NCBI GenBank assembly: GCA_000437215.1
Contig: FR898621.1
Span: 440-64,439 of the forward strand
From: Clostridium sp. CAG:440
GTDB taxonomy: Bacteria > Bacillota > Clostridia > TANB77 > CAG-508
Reading direction: 5' to 3'
DNA: 64,000 bases
Positions 19,636-29,438 of the stretch are shown piece after piece. The notes beneath the pieces were generated by a model. It made no database searches, was not told the origin of the DNA, and worked only from the letters and a program-made list of their open reading frames with translations. Both the position numbers and the translations under genes were made by a program. Within the stretch, counting starts at the first letter, position 1, and each line of letters opens with the position of its first letter.

Positions 19636-21714
19636 TTAACTTCTCACAACTTTTTTCATGCCCCATGTTGTTTTACAAATAATTTTGTCAAAACACATTA
19701 AAAATGTAGGTAATACTAAAATTACACTTAACATACTTATTACTGCCCCTCTTGATATTAAAATACATAATGAACTTATCATTTCTATTTGTGAATAAAC
19801 ACCTACACCAAATGTTGCACCAAAGAAGCATAATCCACTTACTACAATTGAACTTATAGATGTTCCAAGAGCATAATCCATTGCTTCTTTTTTGCTTAAA
19901 TTTTCTTTTCTTTTTGCTATATATTTATTTGTTATTAAAATTGCATAATCTATTGTTGCTCCAAGCTGTATAGTTCCAATTACAATTGATGCAACAAAAG
20001 GTACTTGATCTCCCATATATGCTGGTATTCCCATATTTATAAATATTGCAAATTCTATTACTATTATTAAAATAATAGGTAATGATATAGATTGCAAAAC
20101 TATAAACATTAAAGCAAAAATTACTGCAATTGAAAATGTGTTTACACTATTAAAATCATGATTTGCAATTTCTACTAAATCCTTCATAAGAGGACCTTCC
20201 CCTGCCATTAATGCATTTTCGTCATATGATTTTATTATGTTATTTACTTGCTCAATTTGACTATTTAGTTCATCTGTTGCATTTTCATATTTTGAACTTA
20301 TAATTATCATTTGATATTTATCACTTGTAAACATTTTTAATATACTTTCTGGTAAAAACTCTGCTGGCATATTTAGTTTATTTGTTATTTTTGAATAACT
20401 TAAACTAAACTCTAATCCATCCAAATTATCAATTTTATCTAACATTTCAGAAATTTTATCATCAGATATATTTTTATCTATTAATACCAATTGTGTTGAA
20501 ACCATATTAAAATCATTTGAAAGTTTATCATTTGCTTGAACACTTGGTAATGTTTTTGGTAATCCACTCATTAGATTGTAATAACTTTGCGTATTTGTAT
20601 AGCCATAAATAGCAAATGGAAGAATTATTATAAATAAAATTGTTATTACTTTAGAATGACTTAACACAAAATTCTTAACGCCTGTAAATTTAGGTAATAT
20701 TTCCTTATGTGTTGTTTTAGCAATTAATTTATCAAATACAAGAATTAGTGATGGAAGTATTGTTACTGTTGATATAACTCCTAATGCAACCCCTTTTGCC
20801 ATAACTAAACCTATATCTTTTCCAAGTGTTAAACTCATTGTGCACAATGCCAAAAATCCAGCAATTGTTGTAAGCGAACTTCCAACAACTGATTTTAAAG
20901 TATCTGCAATTGCAAGTGCCATAGCTTTATCATTATTGTCCTGTGTTAATTTCTGATGTTTGTAACTATGATATAAGAAAATTCCAAAATCCATAGTTAC
21001 TCCTAATTGTAAAACTGCACTTATAGCTTTTGTTATATAAGAAATTTCTCCAAATATAATATTAGAACCAAGATTATATAACACAGAAATTCCTATATTT
21101 CCTAATAAAATAACAGGTAAAATATATGAATCTAAAGCAACTGCCAAAATTATAGCACATAAAATTACAGCAATTATTACATATATAATTACTTCTGAAT
21201 TACATATGTTTTTTATGTCAAGGTTTGTTGCTGACATTCCACTTATTTTACAATTTTCATCTGTTATGTCACGTAATTTTTGAATAGCATCTAGTGTCCT
21301 ATCTTCTGCAATTCCATCTTGGAATGTTACTAAAATTGCAGTTGTCCCATCTTCTTTATAAATTTTATTAAGAACTTCATCTGGTAACATATAAGTAGGA
21401 ATCTGACTTCCTGTTATATCTGTTATTCCTATTACGTCTCCAACAGAATCGATATTTCTTATATCTTCTTCTAACTTAAGTAAATTGCTTTGTGGCATAT
21501 CTTTTACAAGTACTATTGAAAATGAGCCCATTTTAAAGTCCTGTGATAAAATGTTTTCACCTTTTACAGTTTCTATGTCACTTGGTAAATATGATAAAAT
21601 ATCATAATTAACCCTTGTAGCAAACATACCATAAATTGATGGTATGCATAAAATTACAGCTAAAATTAAGATTATTATCTTATGTTTGCATACAAATTCA
21701 CCAAATCTTTTCAT
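19636..21714 (-). CDS. MMPL/RND-superfamily transporter
   Basis: 692 aa with two 6-TM bundles separated by soluble loops, and a divergent TetR gene upstream. Confidence 0.8.
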   Translation of the reverse strand: MKRFGEFVCKHKIIILILAVILCIPSIYGMFATRVNYDILSYLPSDIETVKGENILSQDFKMGSFSIVLVKDMPQSNLLKLEEDIRNIDSVGDVIGITDITGSQIPTYMLPDEVLNKIYKEDGTTAILVTFQDGIAEDRTLDAIQKLRDITDENCKISGMSATNLDIKNICNSEVIIYVIIAVILCAIILAVALDSYILPVILLGNIGISVLYNLGSNIIFGEISYITKAISAVLQLGVTMDFGIFLYHSYKHQKLTQDNNDKAMALAIADTLKSVVGSSLTTIAGFLALCTMSLTLGKDIGLVMAKGVALGVISTVTILPSLILVFDKLIAKTTHKEILPKFTGVKNFVLSHSKVITILFIIILPFAIYGYTNTQSYYNLMSGLPKTLPSVQANDKLSNDFNMVSTQLVLIDKNISDDKISEMLDKIDNLDGLEFSLSYSKITNKLNMPAEFLPESILKMFTSDKYQMIIISSKYENATDELNSQIEQVNNIIKSYDENALMAGEGPLMKDLVEIANHDFNSVNTFSIAVIFALMFIVLQSISLPIILIIVIEFAIFINMGIPAYMGDQVPFVASIVIGTIQLGATIDYAILITNKYIAKRKENLSKKEAMDYALGTSISSIVVSGLCFFGATFGVGVYSQIEMISSLCILISRGAVISMLSVILVLPTFLMCFDKIICKTTWGMKKVVRS

Positions 21715-21878
21715 TTAATCCTCCTTTTATTGACTGTTAGTCATTTTTAATTTTATACATTTTAACATTTTTATGACCACAAGTCAATATTTTTTTTAAT
21801 ATTATTGACTATTTTTTTTATTTGTGATAATGTAAATTAAATATAAGAGTTTATTTATTAGTGAATTGAGGTATATTT

Positions 21879-22481
21879 ATGAAAAAATCGGATGAAAAGA
21901 AAAAAATAAAAGAAGAAACTTTGCTAAAATCTGCCTTTAATTTATTTACAAAAAAAGGGTTTAAAGAAACTTCCATTCAAGATATTGCAGATACCGCTGG
22001 TGTTGGAAAAGGAACGTTTTATTTATATTTTAAAGATAAATATGATATACAAAATAAATTAATTGAAAAAAAATCTCAAAAATTATTTTCTGATGCTGTT
22101 AAGGCTTTAAAGAAAACAAATATCGAAAATTTTGATGAACAAATTATTTTTGTCATTGAACATATTATTGATGAATTAAATAAAAATCATATTTTATTAA
22201 AATTTATTTCTAAGAATCTTTCATTAGGAATTTATAATCAAGCTGTTACTAAAATTGCAGACTTAAAATATTCTGATGATGATTCTATTTATAGCATTTT
22301 TATGAATGGTATAAAACAAAATAATATAAAGTTAAAATGTCCAGAAGCTACTTTATTCATGATCATTGAACTTGCAAGTTCAACTTGTTTTAATTCTATT
22401 TTATATAATATACCATTGACAATTGAAGAATTTAAACCTATTTTGTTCGAAGAAATAAAAAAATTATTGAACCCAAATTAG
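21879..22481 (+). CDS. TetR/AcrR-family transcriptional regulator
   Basis: N-terminal HTH FTKKGFKETSIQDIADTAGVGKGTFYLYFKDK. Confidence 0.9.
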   Translation: MKKSDEKKKIKEETLLKSAFNLFTKKGFKETSIQDIADTAGVGKGTFYLYFKDKYDIQNKLIEKKSQKLFSDAVKALKKTNIENFDEQIIFVIEHIIDELNKNHILLKFISKNLSLGIYNQAVTKIADLKYSDDDSIYSIFMNGIKQNNIKLKCPEATLFMIIELASSTCFNSILYNIPLTIEEFKPILFEEIKKLLNPN

Positions 22482-22576
22482 AGTTAATGGAAATTCTAAA
22501 AATTTGACAAAATTTCTAAAAGTCATAACAAAAACAATTTAAACATTAAGAAAAAAATGGGATTTGGAAAGATAAA

Positions 22577-22622
22577 AAAAAGTTAAGGAGTTAGAAATAA
22601 ATTTCTAACTCCTTAACTTTTT
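22577..22622. terminator. Bidirectional terminator hairpin
   Basis: The sequence aaaaaaagttaaggagttagaaataaatttctaactccttaacttttt has a 16-bp stem. Confidence 0.7.
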
Positions 22623-22747
22623 AATTACTTTGTTCTATTTTTGCTCTTATTGATAGTATTTTATTTTTATAACCATTAATTGATTTTTTTAAGTCATATA
22701 TTTGTTGCTTATATAATTTTTCAAGAAGATACTTGTACTTTTATAGC

Positions 22748-22804
22748 CCCTGAAAAACAGTTATAACAAGAAGAACAAGAAAAAGATTATGAAATAGAAT
22801 TATA
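22748..22804 (+). pseudogene. 3'-terminal remnant of a MobV-type relaxase gene, carrying an in-frame stop
   Basis: The translation PEKQL*QEEQEKDYEIEL* aligns with the C-terminus of the intact relaxase at 24950..26128 (PVKQIQHEEREKECDLEL*). DNA similarity continues upstream with indels. Confidence 0.55.
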
Positions 22805-22879
22805 AATACTACTATAAAATATGAAAAGAGGGTCCCTTAAAAAGGTTCCCTCTCCTCTTGGTTTTTGTTCAGTTATTTT

Positions 22880-23593
22880 TCAGTTTTTTGTAGCCTTAGG
22901 CTTAATCATTCCGGAGTCTATCATATCAACGATAAATTGCAGTTTGTAAGAATATTGCAAAGGATTACCATCTTCGTCATTGTTTTTAGTATCCTCCAAG
23001 TTCACAGTGCAGTATTCATCGCATACATCGATATCTTTGATTATGCCGTTGTTAGTATCAATACCGTGAACCCATGCGTACTGATCGCAATCACATGTAA
23101 CCAAAATCTCTCTCTTTGTAAAGAAAACCATCAAGCCTTCATTTGAAATAACGAGATTTGGTTTCCGCAGCAGAAATCTAAAAATATCATACTGCAGAAT
23201 GGCAATGCGTTCGCCAGTATTTTTTGTAAAATATGCCACGGTATCAGGTCCTGTGTATTCCCATTCCATGTCCCTCTTATTAAGTGAAAAACGCTTTCCG
23301 CGGTCTGCCGTAGAAACCGTGATACTCCTAATAAAAGAATTGAGTCTGCTTTTAGGCATAACCATTGCATCTTCACTACAACGATATACAACGATTGGGA
23401 ACTCTTCAGCATACTGATATACAGTATTGCAGGCAGTAAAAACCAGTGCATTGTCAGCAAATTCCTGCCAGTTTTTGTCAGTAATCAAGCTTTCATCAGC
23501 TGAAGTAACAAACGTATTTTCTCTGATGTCCTCTTCAGAAAACTCGACTATCCGCTCTACCTTTGGGAAAGGCTCGAACACTTCTCTTTTCAT
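22880..23593 (-). CDS. Hypothetical protein with visibly higher GC than its surroundings
   Basis: AGGAGG lies 7 nt upstream of the ATG at 23593 (MKREVFEPFPK...). A terminator hairpin lies at about 22828-22856. I recognise no domain. Confidence 0.6.
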   Translation of the reverse strand: MKREVFEPFPKVERIVEFSEEDIRENTFVTSADESLITDKNWQEFADNALVFTACNTVYQYAEEFPIVVYRCSEDAMVMPKSRLNSFIRSITVSTADRGKRFSLNKRDMEWEYTGPDTVAYFTKNTGERIAILQYDIFRFLLRKPNLVISNEGLMVFFTKREILVTCDCDQYAWVHGIDTNNGIIKDIDVCDEYCTVNLEDTKNNDEDGNPLQYSYKLQFIVDMIDSGMIKPKATKN

Positions 23594-23931
23594 AGCGTAA
23601 CCTCCTAAAAATCTTACTACAGGTTTTGCCACAAATCGTTAAATATCTGAACCACTACTTAACTCTTATGTGACGCTTACAACATATTCCTTAGAATATG
23701 AGGGTATTATACCATAATTTACATAAACATGCAATATTTTTTTGAAATTGTTTGACAAATATAAAAATAATGCTATACCAATAATAGCTTAAGTAAAGTA
23801 ACCATTCATAAAATAAACGCCCTCTCTTTCCTAAAGATTTCCTTTATGAAAAGGTACAGAAAATAAAAAAAAATAAGCCCATTTGGAGCAAAAATATAAG
23901 ACTCTCAATTTCTTGAAAGTCTTAATATTAC

Positions 23932-23978
23932 TGGCTGGGCTGGCTAGATTCGAACTAGCGCATGCCAGAGTCAAAGTC
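23932..23978. repeat. Distal att direct repeat: a copy of the 3' 47 nt of tRNA-Gln
   Basis: The sequence tggctgggctggctagattcgaactagcgcatgccagagtcaaagtc is identical to 31970..32016. Confidence 0.9.
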
Positions 23979-24629
23979 GTACCTTTCATTTTATACTTAA
24001 TGATTTTTAAAATTATTTTTTATCGTTTAAAGTGGCTATTTATCAGTATTTTATAGATGTAAAATACAAAAATATTTTAATTTCAATACTTTCGCAAAAT
24101 TAAATTTTCAAACGAAATTGTTTGACATTTGTTTGACAAAATTTATAAAAGTCATAACAAAATCTTACTTATTGATATCATCATTTTAATATTAAGCATT
24201 ATAAAAGTCAATGCAAATAATTACTTTATTTTGATTTATTATTGCCTTATTTTCAATTGTGGTGGCTAATTGAATAATATAAACACTAACTACTTGTAGT
24301 TTTAAAGCTATAGGTAGTTTTTTATGTTTAAAAGAGAAATGCAATAGCCTCTATAAAAGCTATTTGGTGTGATGAGCCGATGCTATAAAGTTCATTCGTA
24401 TTTGTATAAGTAGTCTAATTATACAAAGTGCGTGAGTGAGATTTTAGAACACAGACTCACAATAATAAAAGAGTATTCGGTGGCATATTTGATATGGATT
24501 TGTAATTGTAAAAAGTTTGGGCAAGTATGAACAAGATACTTAAATGTATCAGCAATTATAGTAACTATAATGTTACTTACTAGACTACCTATGAAACGAG
24601 GCGAACGACCGACGGTTTCTGGCTTTATA

Positions 24630-24870
24630 GGTGTAATAATTCTATTTTTTACAACTGGGATTATTACACCTAATTCACTTTAGCTCTCTCCCTCTGGTTT
24701 CTACTTTGAACTGCTAAAGTGAATACAAAAAAGCATAAGTGCTTTTTTGTTGTGAGGAAAAAATTTATTTTTTTCTCACATTCATAAAAATTGCGATAAG
24801 CATTTTTTATGAAATAACCTAAAAATGCGAGTAGTAATTTTTAGGTTTAGGGTGTGGGGTTGCAAAACCC
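24630..24870 (+). other. oriT / single-strand-origin-like region: seven consecutive hairpins upstream of the relaxase gene
   Basis: Inverted repeats occur at 24630-24670, 24674-24723, 24727-24748, 24752-24779, 24783-24811, 24816-24847 and 24855-24870. Confidence 0.45.
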
Positions 24871-24949
24871 TGCCATACGACAAACTTGTTTGTCTAGTAT
24901 GTTAGACATTCAAAGAATATCTTGAGCGAAGAAGGAGGTGCAAGAAGAT

Positions 24950-26128
24950 ATGAGCTATGCTATTATACGAAATGATAAATTAACAAGAGTGAATGCACAG
25001 GGATCATACATTCACAATGATAGAAGATCAAAAGGTCATTCTAATAAAGATATTGACCCTACAAGAACACATCTTAATTTTTGGTGTAAGAAAAATGAAC
25101 TAACATATATAAAAGAATTTGATAAAATGAAAAAGAAATATGATTTAAAAGGCACTATTAGAAGTAATAGTAATATCATGTGTGAAATGATAATTACTTC
25201 TGATAATGCTTTTTTTAATAAAATTGGTTTAGAAGAAACAAAACGATATTTCAAAGAAAGTTATAAATTTGTATGTAATTACAAAAATCTTGGAGAAAAA
25301 TATATTGTGTCAGCAGCAGTACATTTGGATGAAACTACACCACATATGCATTTAGTATATATACCAATAATTCATACAAAAGATAAAGAAGGAAATGACA
25401 CTGAAAAAATATGTTGTAGAGATTTTTGGAAAGGCAGAGATAGTTACAGACAATTACAAAATGCTTTTCATAAATATATAACTTCAAAAGGTTTTGATTT
25501 AGAACGAGGTTTACCAGTTGAAGAAACTGGAGTTAAACACGAAAAAATAGAAGATTTAAAGAAATTGACTAATTTTGAAAATACTAAAAAGGTATTAGAT
25601 AATATAAAACTAGAATTACCAGAAACACCAAATATAAATGATATTAAACTAATAAAACTTAATAGAGAAAAAGTAGAAAATGAAATTATTAAACCTAAAG
25701 ATGATAAAATTATGGAATTGTATCAAGAAAATCTAAAATTGCATAATGAATTATCAAAACAAGTAAATTTAGTTAATAAGGCTGAAAAATACCAAAAAGA
25801 AAGAAATTCCATACTTGCTGACAATAGAGAACTTCATAAGCAAGTAGACAATATTAAAGCAGAATATAAGGAAAAAGAATTTGATATTGAATGGAAATAT
25901 AAAAGTAAAATTAAGTCTTTAGAAAAAGAAAATAATCATTTGCACAAAATAATAGATAAATTCTATGAAACTGTTGATAAATTTATAGTTTGGATTTGCC
26001 ATAAATTTGGAATTGGCAAATCTAAAGAATTAGTTAGAAATTTTGAAGAAGAAACTCGCTCTTTTATCGACCCAGTAAAACAAATACAACATGAAGAAAG
26101 AGAAAAAGAATGTGATTTGGAGCTCTAA
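24950..26128 (+). CDS. MobV-family (Mob/Pre) relaxase
   Basis: The sequence MSYAIIRNDKLTRVNAQGSYIHNDR ... AAVHLDETTPHMHLVYIP carries the HxDE...HxH motif. The C-terminus is coiled-coil. Confidence 0.85.
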   Translation: MSYAIIRNDKLTRVNAQGSYIHNDRRSKGHSNKDIDPTRTHLNFWCKKNELTYIKEFDKMKKKYDLKGTIRSNSNIMCEMIITSDNAFFNKIGLEETKRYFKESYKFVCNYKNLGEKYIVSAAVHLDETTPHMHLVYIPIIHTKDKEGNDTEKICCRDFWKGRDSYRQLQNAFHKYITSKGFDLERGLPVEETGVKHEKIEDLKKLTNFENTKKVLDNIKLELPETPNINDIKLIKLNREKVENEIIKPKDDKIMELYQENLKLHNELSKQVNLVNKAEKYQKERNSILADNRELHKQVDNIKAEYKEKEFDIEWKYKSKIKSLEKENNHLHKIIDKFYETVDKFIVWICHKFGIGKSKELVRNFEEETRSFIDPVKQIQHEEREKECDLEL

Positions 26129-26150
26129 TTTACTAATAAAGACCATTTTA

Positions 26151-26808
26151 TTAATGGTCTTTATTACATATTTTGAGAGTAAAATATTCAAAGAACTTTA
26201 TATCATTCATGTATTCAGGATGCCATTGAACTGCAATTATATTTTTATTTTCAATGGCTTCTATAATTCCATCATCACTTTTAGCAACTACATTGAAACC
26301 TTTTGCAACTTCTTTTATTGCTTGATGATGTAATGAGTTTATTAGCATTTGTTCTGTATTATAACAATTATATAGAAAAGATTCTTTTTCAAATTTTACA
26401 TTATGTCTTTCTTCTTTAGATAATTTGTGATATGGAATATCTTGATATAAACTACCACCAAAGCAAACATTTATAGCCTGTATTCCTCTACAAATACCTA
26501 ATATAGGTTTATTAACATTATTAAATGCTTTTATTATTGCAAAATCTAATGTATCAATTTCTTCTGTCATCTTATGTATTTCAGCAATAGGTTGTTCATC
26601 ATAATTTTTAGGATTTATATCTATTGCACTTCCTATAACAATTAACCCATTACAAATATTAACAACTTCTTCTAAATTAGTTAATGAAGTAACTGGAAAT
26701 AATAATACATTAAGTTTTTCAAATATATCTTTAAATTCTTTATCTATATAATATTTTTCAGATCCTTTTTCAGATAATCCATATCTCCCGAGTTATTGCT
26801 AATATCAT
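26151..26808 (-). CDS. Class-I glutamine amidotransferase / peptidase C26 (gamma-glutamyl hydrolase-like). It is joined by a +1 shift at the in-frame CGG (ccg at 26788-26790).
   Basis: The sequences ILGICRGIQ and WHPE form the catalytic Cys/His context. The upstream ATG at 26808, preceded by GGAG, gives MILAIT-CGG, and the +1 frame runs open for 73 codons into the track ORF 26151..26570. Confidence 0.8.
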
Positions 26809-26832
26809 ATTATTCTCCTAAAATTCATTATA

Positions 26833-27282
26833 TTATTTACGAAAAATCAATTTAATCTTACTAATAATTTTACTAAAGAATGATTCTTTGTAAGTAGCCA
26901 TTTCTGTATTTTCTTTTTGCGTTTCAACATATTCAGTAGGCTTTTGTCTATCTTTAAATATATTATCAGGGTTATATTTTTCTCTTAATTCTTCTTGATA
27001 TTTTATTTCATTGTTGCTCAATGTTTTTTCTAATTTAACTCTTTCTATATCATCACATATAAAATCTTTATATAATACTGTCAAAATTTCTTTTGTAGTT
27101 GGTAATAAGTTTTGTTTTTCTAATGGTAGCGATTTATCAATAGTCCAATTATATTCTTGTGATTTATTATTTTCAAAGTAACTAATAAATTTCTTTGGTA
27201 TTCTAGCTTTCAAGTTTGGTGCCATATATTTTAATATTTCATTTATTTGATAAAGTGAATTTGAATATTCTATATTTTCCAT
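26833..27282 (-). CDS. Hypothetical protein (IME)
   Basis: An AAGGAG Shine-Dalgarno site precedes the ATG at 27282 (MENIEYS...). The start lies 2 nt after the stop of the upstream gene. Confidence 0.5.
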   Translation of the reverse strand: MENIEYSNSLYQINEILKYMAPNLKARIPKKFISYFENNKSQEYNWTIDKSLPLEKQNLLPTTKEILTVLYKDFICDDIERVKLEKTLSNNEIKYQEELREKYNPDNIFKDRQKPTEYVETQKENTEMATYKESFFSKIISKIKLIFRK

Positions 27283-27283
27283 A

Positions 27284-28445
27284 CTATTCTCCTTTTTCTT
27301 CTGATTTATCTTTGTCATTTTCTCTATCAGGGTGTAACCATTTTCCTATTTTATCTTTTAATGATAACGAACTTTTCTCTACAGTTTCTGTTCTTTGTTC
27401 TGATGCAATTTGCTCTAAAGCTTCTTTATCAGCTAAATATCGTAAATCTTCTATTTCTTGTCTATGGCGATATAATCCTAATTCTTCTAATAAATATGTT
27501 TCAACATCTTCTTGACTATGACTTTTAGCATATTCTGCATATTCTTGTGATTGGACAACTGGCACTAAAGCCTTAATTTCATCACCCTTCAAGCGACATA
27601 GTTTGTGCATACAAAGAGCATCTAAATCTTCTCTTCCTTTTGAAGTATCAAGAATTTCTAAATAAAATTTAGGTACAATTTCTCCGTTTAAGGTTAGTTT
27701 CTAACTCACTTATTTGGACATTCCAAAATTCTGCTGGATATTTACTTCCTTCAAGTATACAGCTTTCTCCATGTAATCCTTCTCTTTGTAAATATTCTGT
27801 ATATTCTTTTTGAAATTGTCTTGCCATTTCATCACGATGATCTACTAATTGTTTATTCATAAGATCTTCTTGAGTTAATTGGTCTAATAATACAAATGAT
27901 AATCCTCTATCTTTAAACATAAAACTATAATCACTTGAAATTGCAACATTCCCTTTTTGCATTTCAGTATATAATGCTTTTATCAATTCACTGCTTTGTT
28001 CGTTTGTAGATATTAAATCAAAATTTCCACCACCATTGAATCCTGCATACCATAGAGCAACTACTTCAGGAGAATCTACATTAGCACCTAATTTTGACAT
28101 AAATTCTTCATTACGTTTTCTATCATCATTATTGATATATCTATCCATAATTTCATGTCTTTCCTCTTCGGTTTTTCTCATTAAACTAGCATAGTTCCAT
28201 TCATCATTTGTTAACCAAACTTTTCCATCACTAAATTCCATTAAATTAATGGCTTGAGGATTTTCTACAATTTCTCCATTAAACGGATGATTTTTATTTT
28301 TATCTATAATCTTTTTAGGTTTCATCTGTTCTGTACCTGTATAACCAGATTCATGTTCAGCATAAAAACCATATCCTGCATTAAATCCAACTAATTTGCC
28401 ATCTCTTTTTAAGACTTCTTGTCCATGATAAGCATATCTACCCAT
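27284..28445 (-). CDS. Hypothetical IME protein. Two track ORFs fuse through a +1 shift at the in-frame CGG (ccg at 27684-27686).
   Basis: ORF 27669..28445 ends ...ELETNLK-CGG-RNCT*. Skipping the C gives GEIVPKFYLEILDTSKGREDLDALC and runs directly into ORF 27284..27610. Confidence 0.6.
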
Positions 28446-28565
28446 ATTTATTTCTCCTTTGCTTTAAAATACTACTCATTTATTGTGTATTTTTATGTAA
28501 TTTATATCACAGCACTTTACTTTTTACAATAAATATGACAACCAAAATAGATTTGTCATAAAAAT

Positions 28566-28784
28566 TTAATATTTTTGTAATATTTCTTCTCTGTTAAATT
28601 CTTCTTCTATAAATTGTGCTTGTTCTTTTGTTAAGTTATTATTTATAATTGCTAATTTTAACAATGATTTTATATTCTCCCATTTCATACATTTTGAATG
28701 TCCTTTTACAGTTAATTCAACATAGTCTACAATTTCTTCAAATATATAGTATGGTACACAAAATTCTTTATTTGATTGCTCCAT
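28566..28784 (-). CDS. Hypothetical small protein (IME)
   Basis: An AAGGAG Shine-Dalgarno site precedes the ATG at 28784 (MEQSNKEF...). Confidence 0.5.
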   Translation of the reverse strand: MEQSNKEFCVPYYIFEEIVDYVELTVKGHSKCMKWENIKSLLKLAIINNNLTKEQAQFIEEEFNREEILQKY

Positions 28785-28906
28785 CTTGTACTTCTCCTTT
28801 TTCAATGTAATTAAGTATAAAAATATAATAAAGTGTTAACACTTATAAATATAACACAGAAAAATATTAAAATCAATACATAGAAAATTTATGGAGTGAT
28901 TTAGAT

Positions 28907-29164
28907 ATGTCATTGATTGCAAGATTTGATGGAAATATGAATGTAATAGGGAGATTACTAAAAGAATATAGAATAAAGAAGGATTTATCTTATGAAAAGC
29001 TATCTGCAAAACTAGAGTTAATGGGAATTAGTATTCATAAGCAAAGTCTATATGATATTGAAAATAACAAAAGAACAGTAAAAGATTATGAATTATTTGG
29101 TATTGCTCATGTTTTAGGAATAGATGTTAATGATTTATTAAAAGATATAAAAAATAAATTTTAA
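28907..29164 (+). CDS. XRE-family helix-turn-helix regulator
   Basis: The sequence LKEYRIKKDLSYEKLSAKLELMGISIHKQSLYDIENNKR is an HTH_3 pattern. Confidence 0.85.
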   Translation: MSLIARFDGNMNVIGRLLKEYRIKKDLSYEKLSAKLELMGISIHKQSLYDIENNKRTVKDYELFGIAHVLGIDVNDLLKDIKNKF

Positions 29165-29198
29165 AAATTGGAGTTAAATGTGAATTTAAAAAAATCAT

Positions 29199-29227
29199 TT
29201 GACATATAATATAATTGATGTTATAAT
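29199..29227 (+). promoter_or_regulatory. Consensus sigma-A promoter (TTGACA, 17-nt spacer, TGtTATAAT)
   Basis: TTGACA at 29199-29204, a 17-nt spacer ending in TG, and TATAAT at 29222-29227. Confidence 0.65.
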
Positions 29228-29233
29228 AACATT

Positions 29234-29299
29234 AGCTAGCAAATTCGTTTGAAGACACGAAATTGCACGAGATATATTTCGCAGATATATCTCTTTTTT
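29234..29299 (+). ncRNA. Candidate antitoxin sRNA (about 66 nt) of a par/Fst-like type I TA locus
   Basis: It is driven by the consensus promoter and ends in a 9-bp hairpin (29269-29293) followed by T6. It contains GAAGACAC-N4-TTGCAC, which is complementary to the start region of the opposite small ORF. Confidence 0.45.
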
Positions 29300-29348
29300 A
29301 TTTTTAAATATAAAAGAAAAAGCAGGGTCGCAGTCCCTGCCACAAAGA

Positions 29349-29438
29349 TTATTCTTTGTTTTTCTCTTGGCTTTCATCATTGTCATTACTTAATAGTAAT
29401 AATACGATTAATCGCCAGATTAATTCATATGAAGACAC
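29349..29438 (-). CDS. Candidate type I toxin peptide (29 aa, GTG start)
   Basis: A GGAAGGAGG Shine-Dalgarno site is followed 7 nt later by GTG. The peptide is MSSYELIWRLIVLLLLSNDNDESQEKNKE (hydrophobic core, acidic tail). It has its own promoter (TTGTAT, 17-nt spacer, TATAAT at 29487-29492) and terminator (gcagggactgcgaccctgc plus a T-run). Confidence 0.35.
   Translation of the reverse strand: MSSYELIWRLIVLLLLSNDNDESQEKNKE

Noticed and set aside
22865-23460. Alternative-frame track ORFs 22865..23146 (+), 23131..23460 (-) and 23199..23417 (+)
   Set aside because: They are nested within the longer, Shine-Dalgarno-preceded ORF 22880..23593. Higher GC lowers the stop-codon density, which produces spurious overlapping ORFs.
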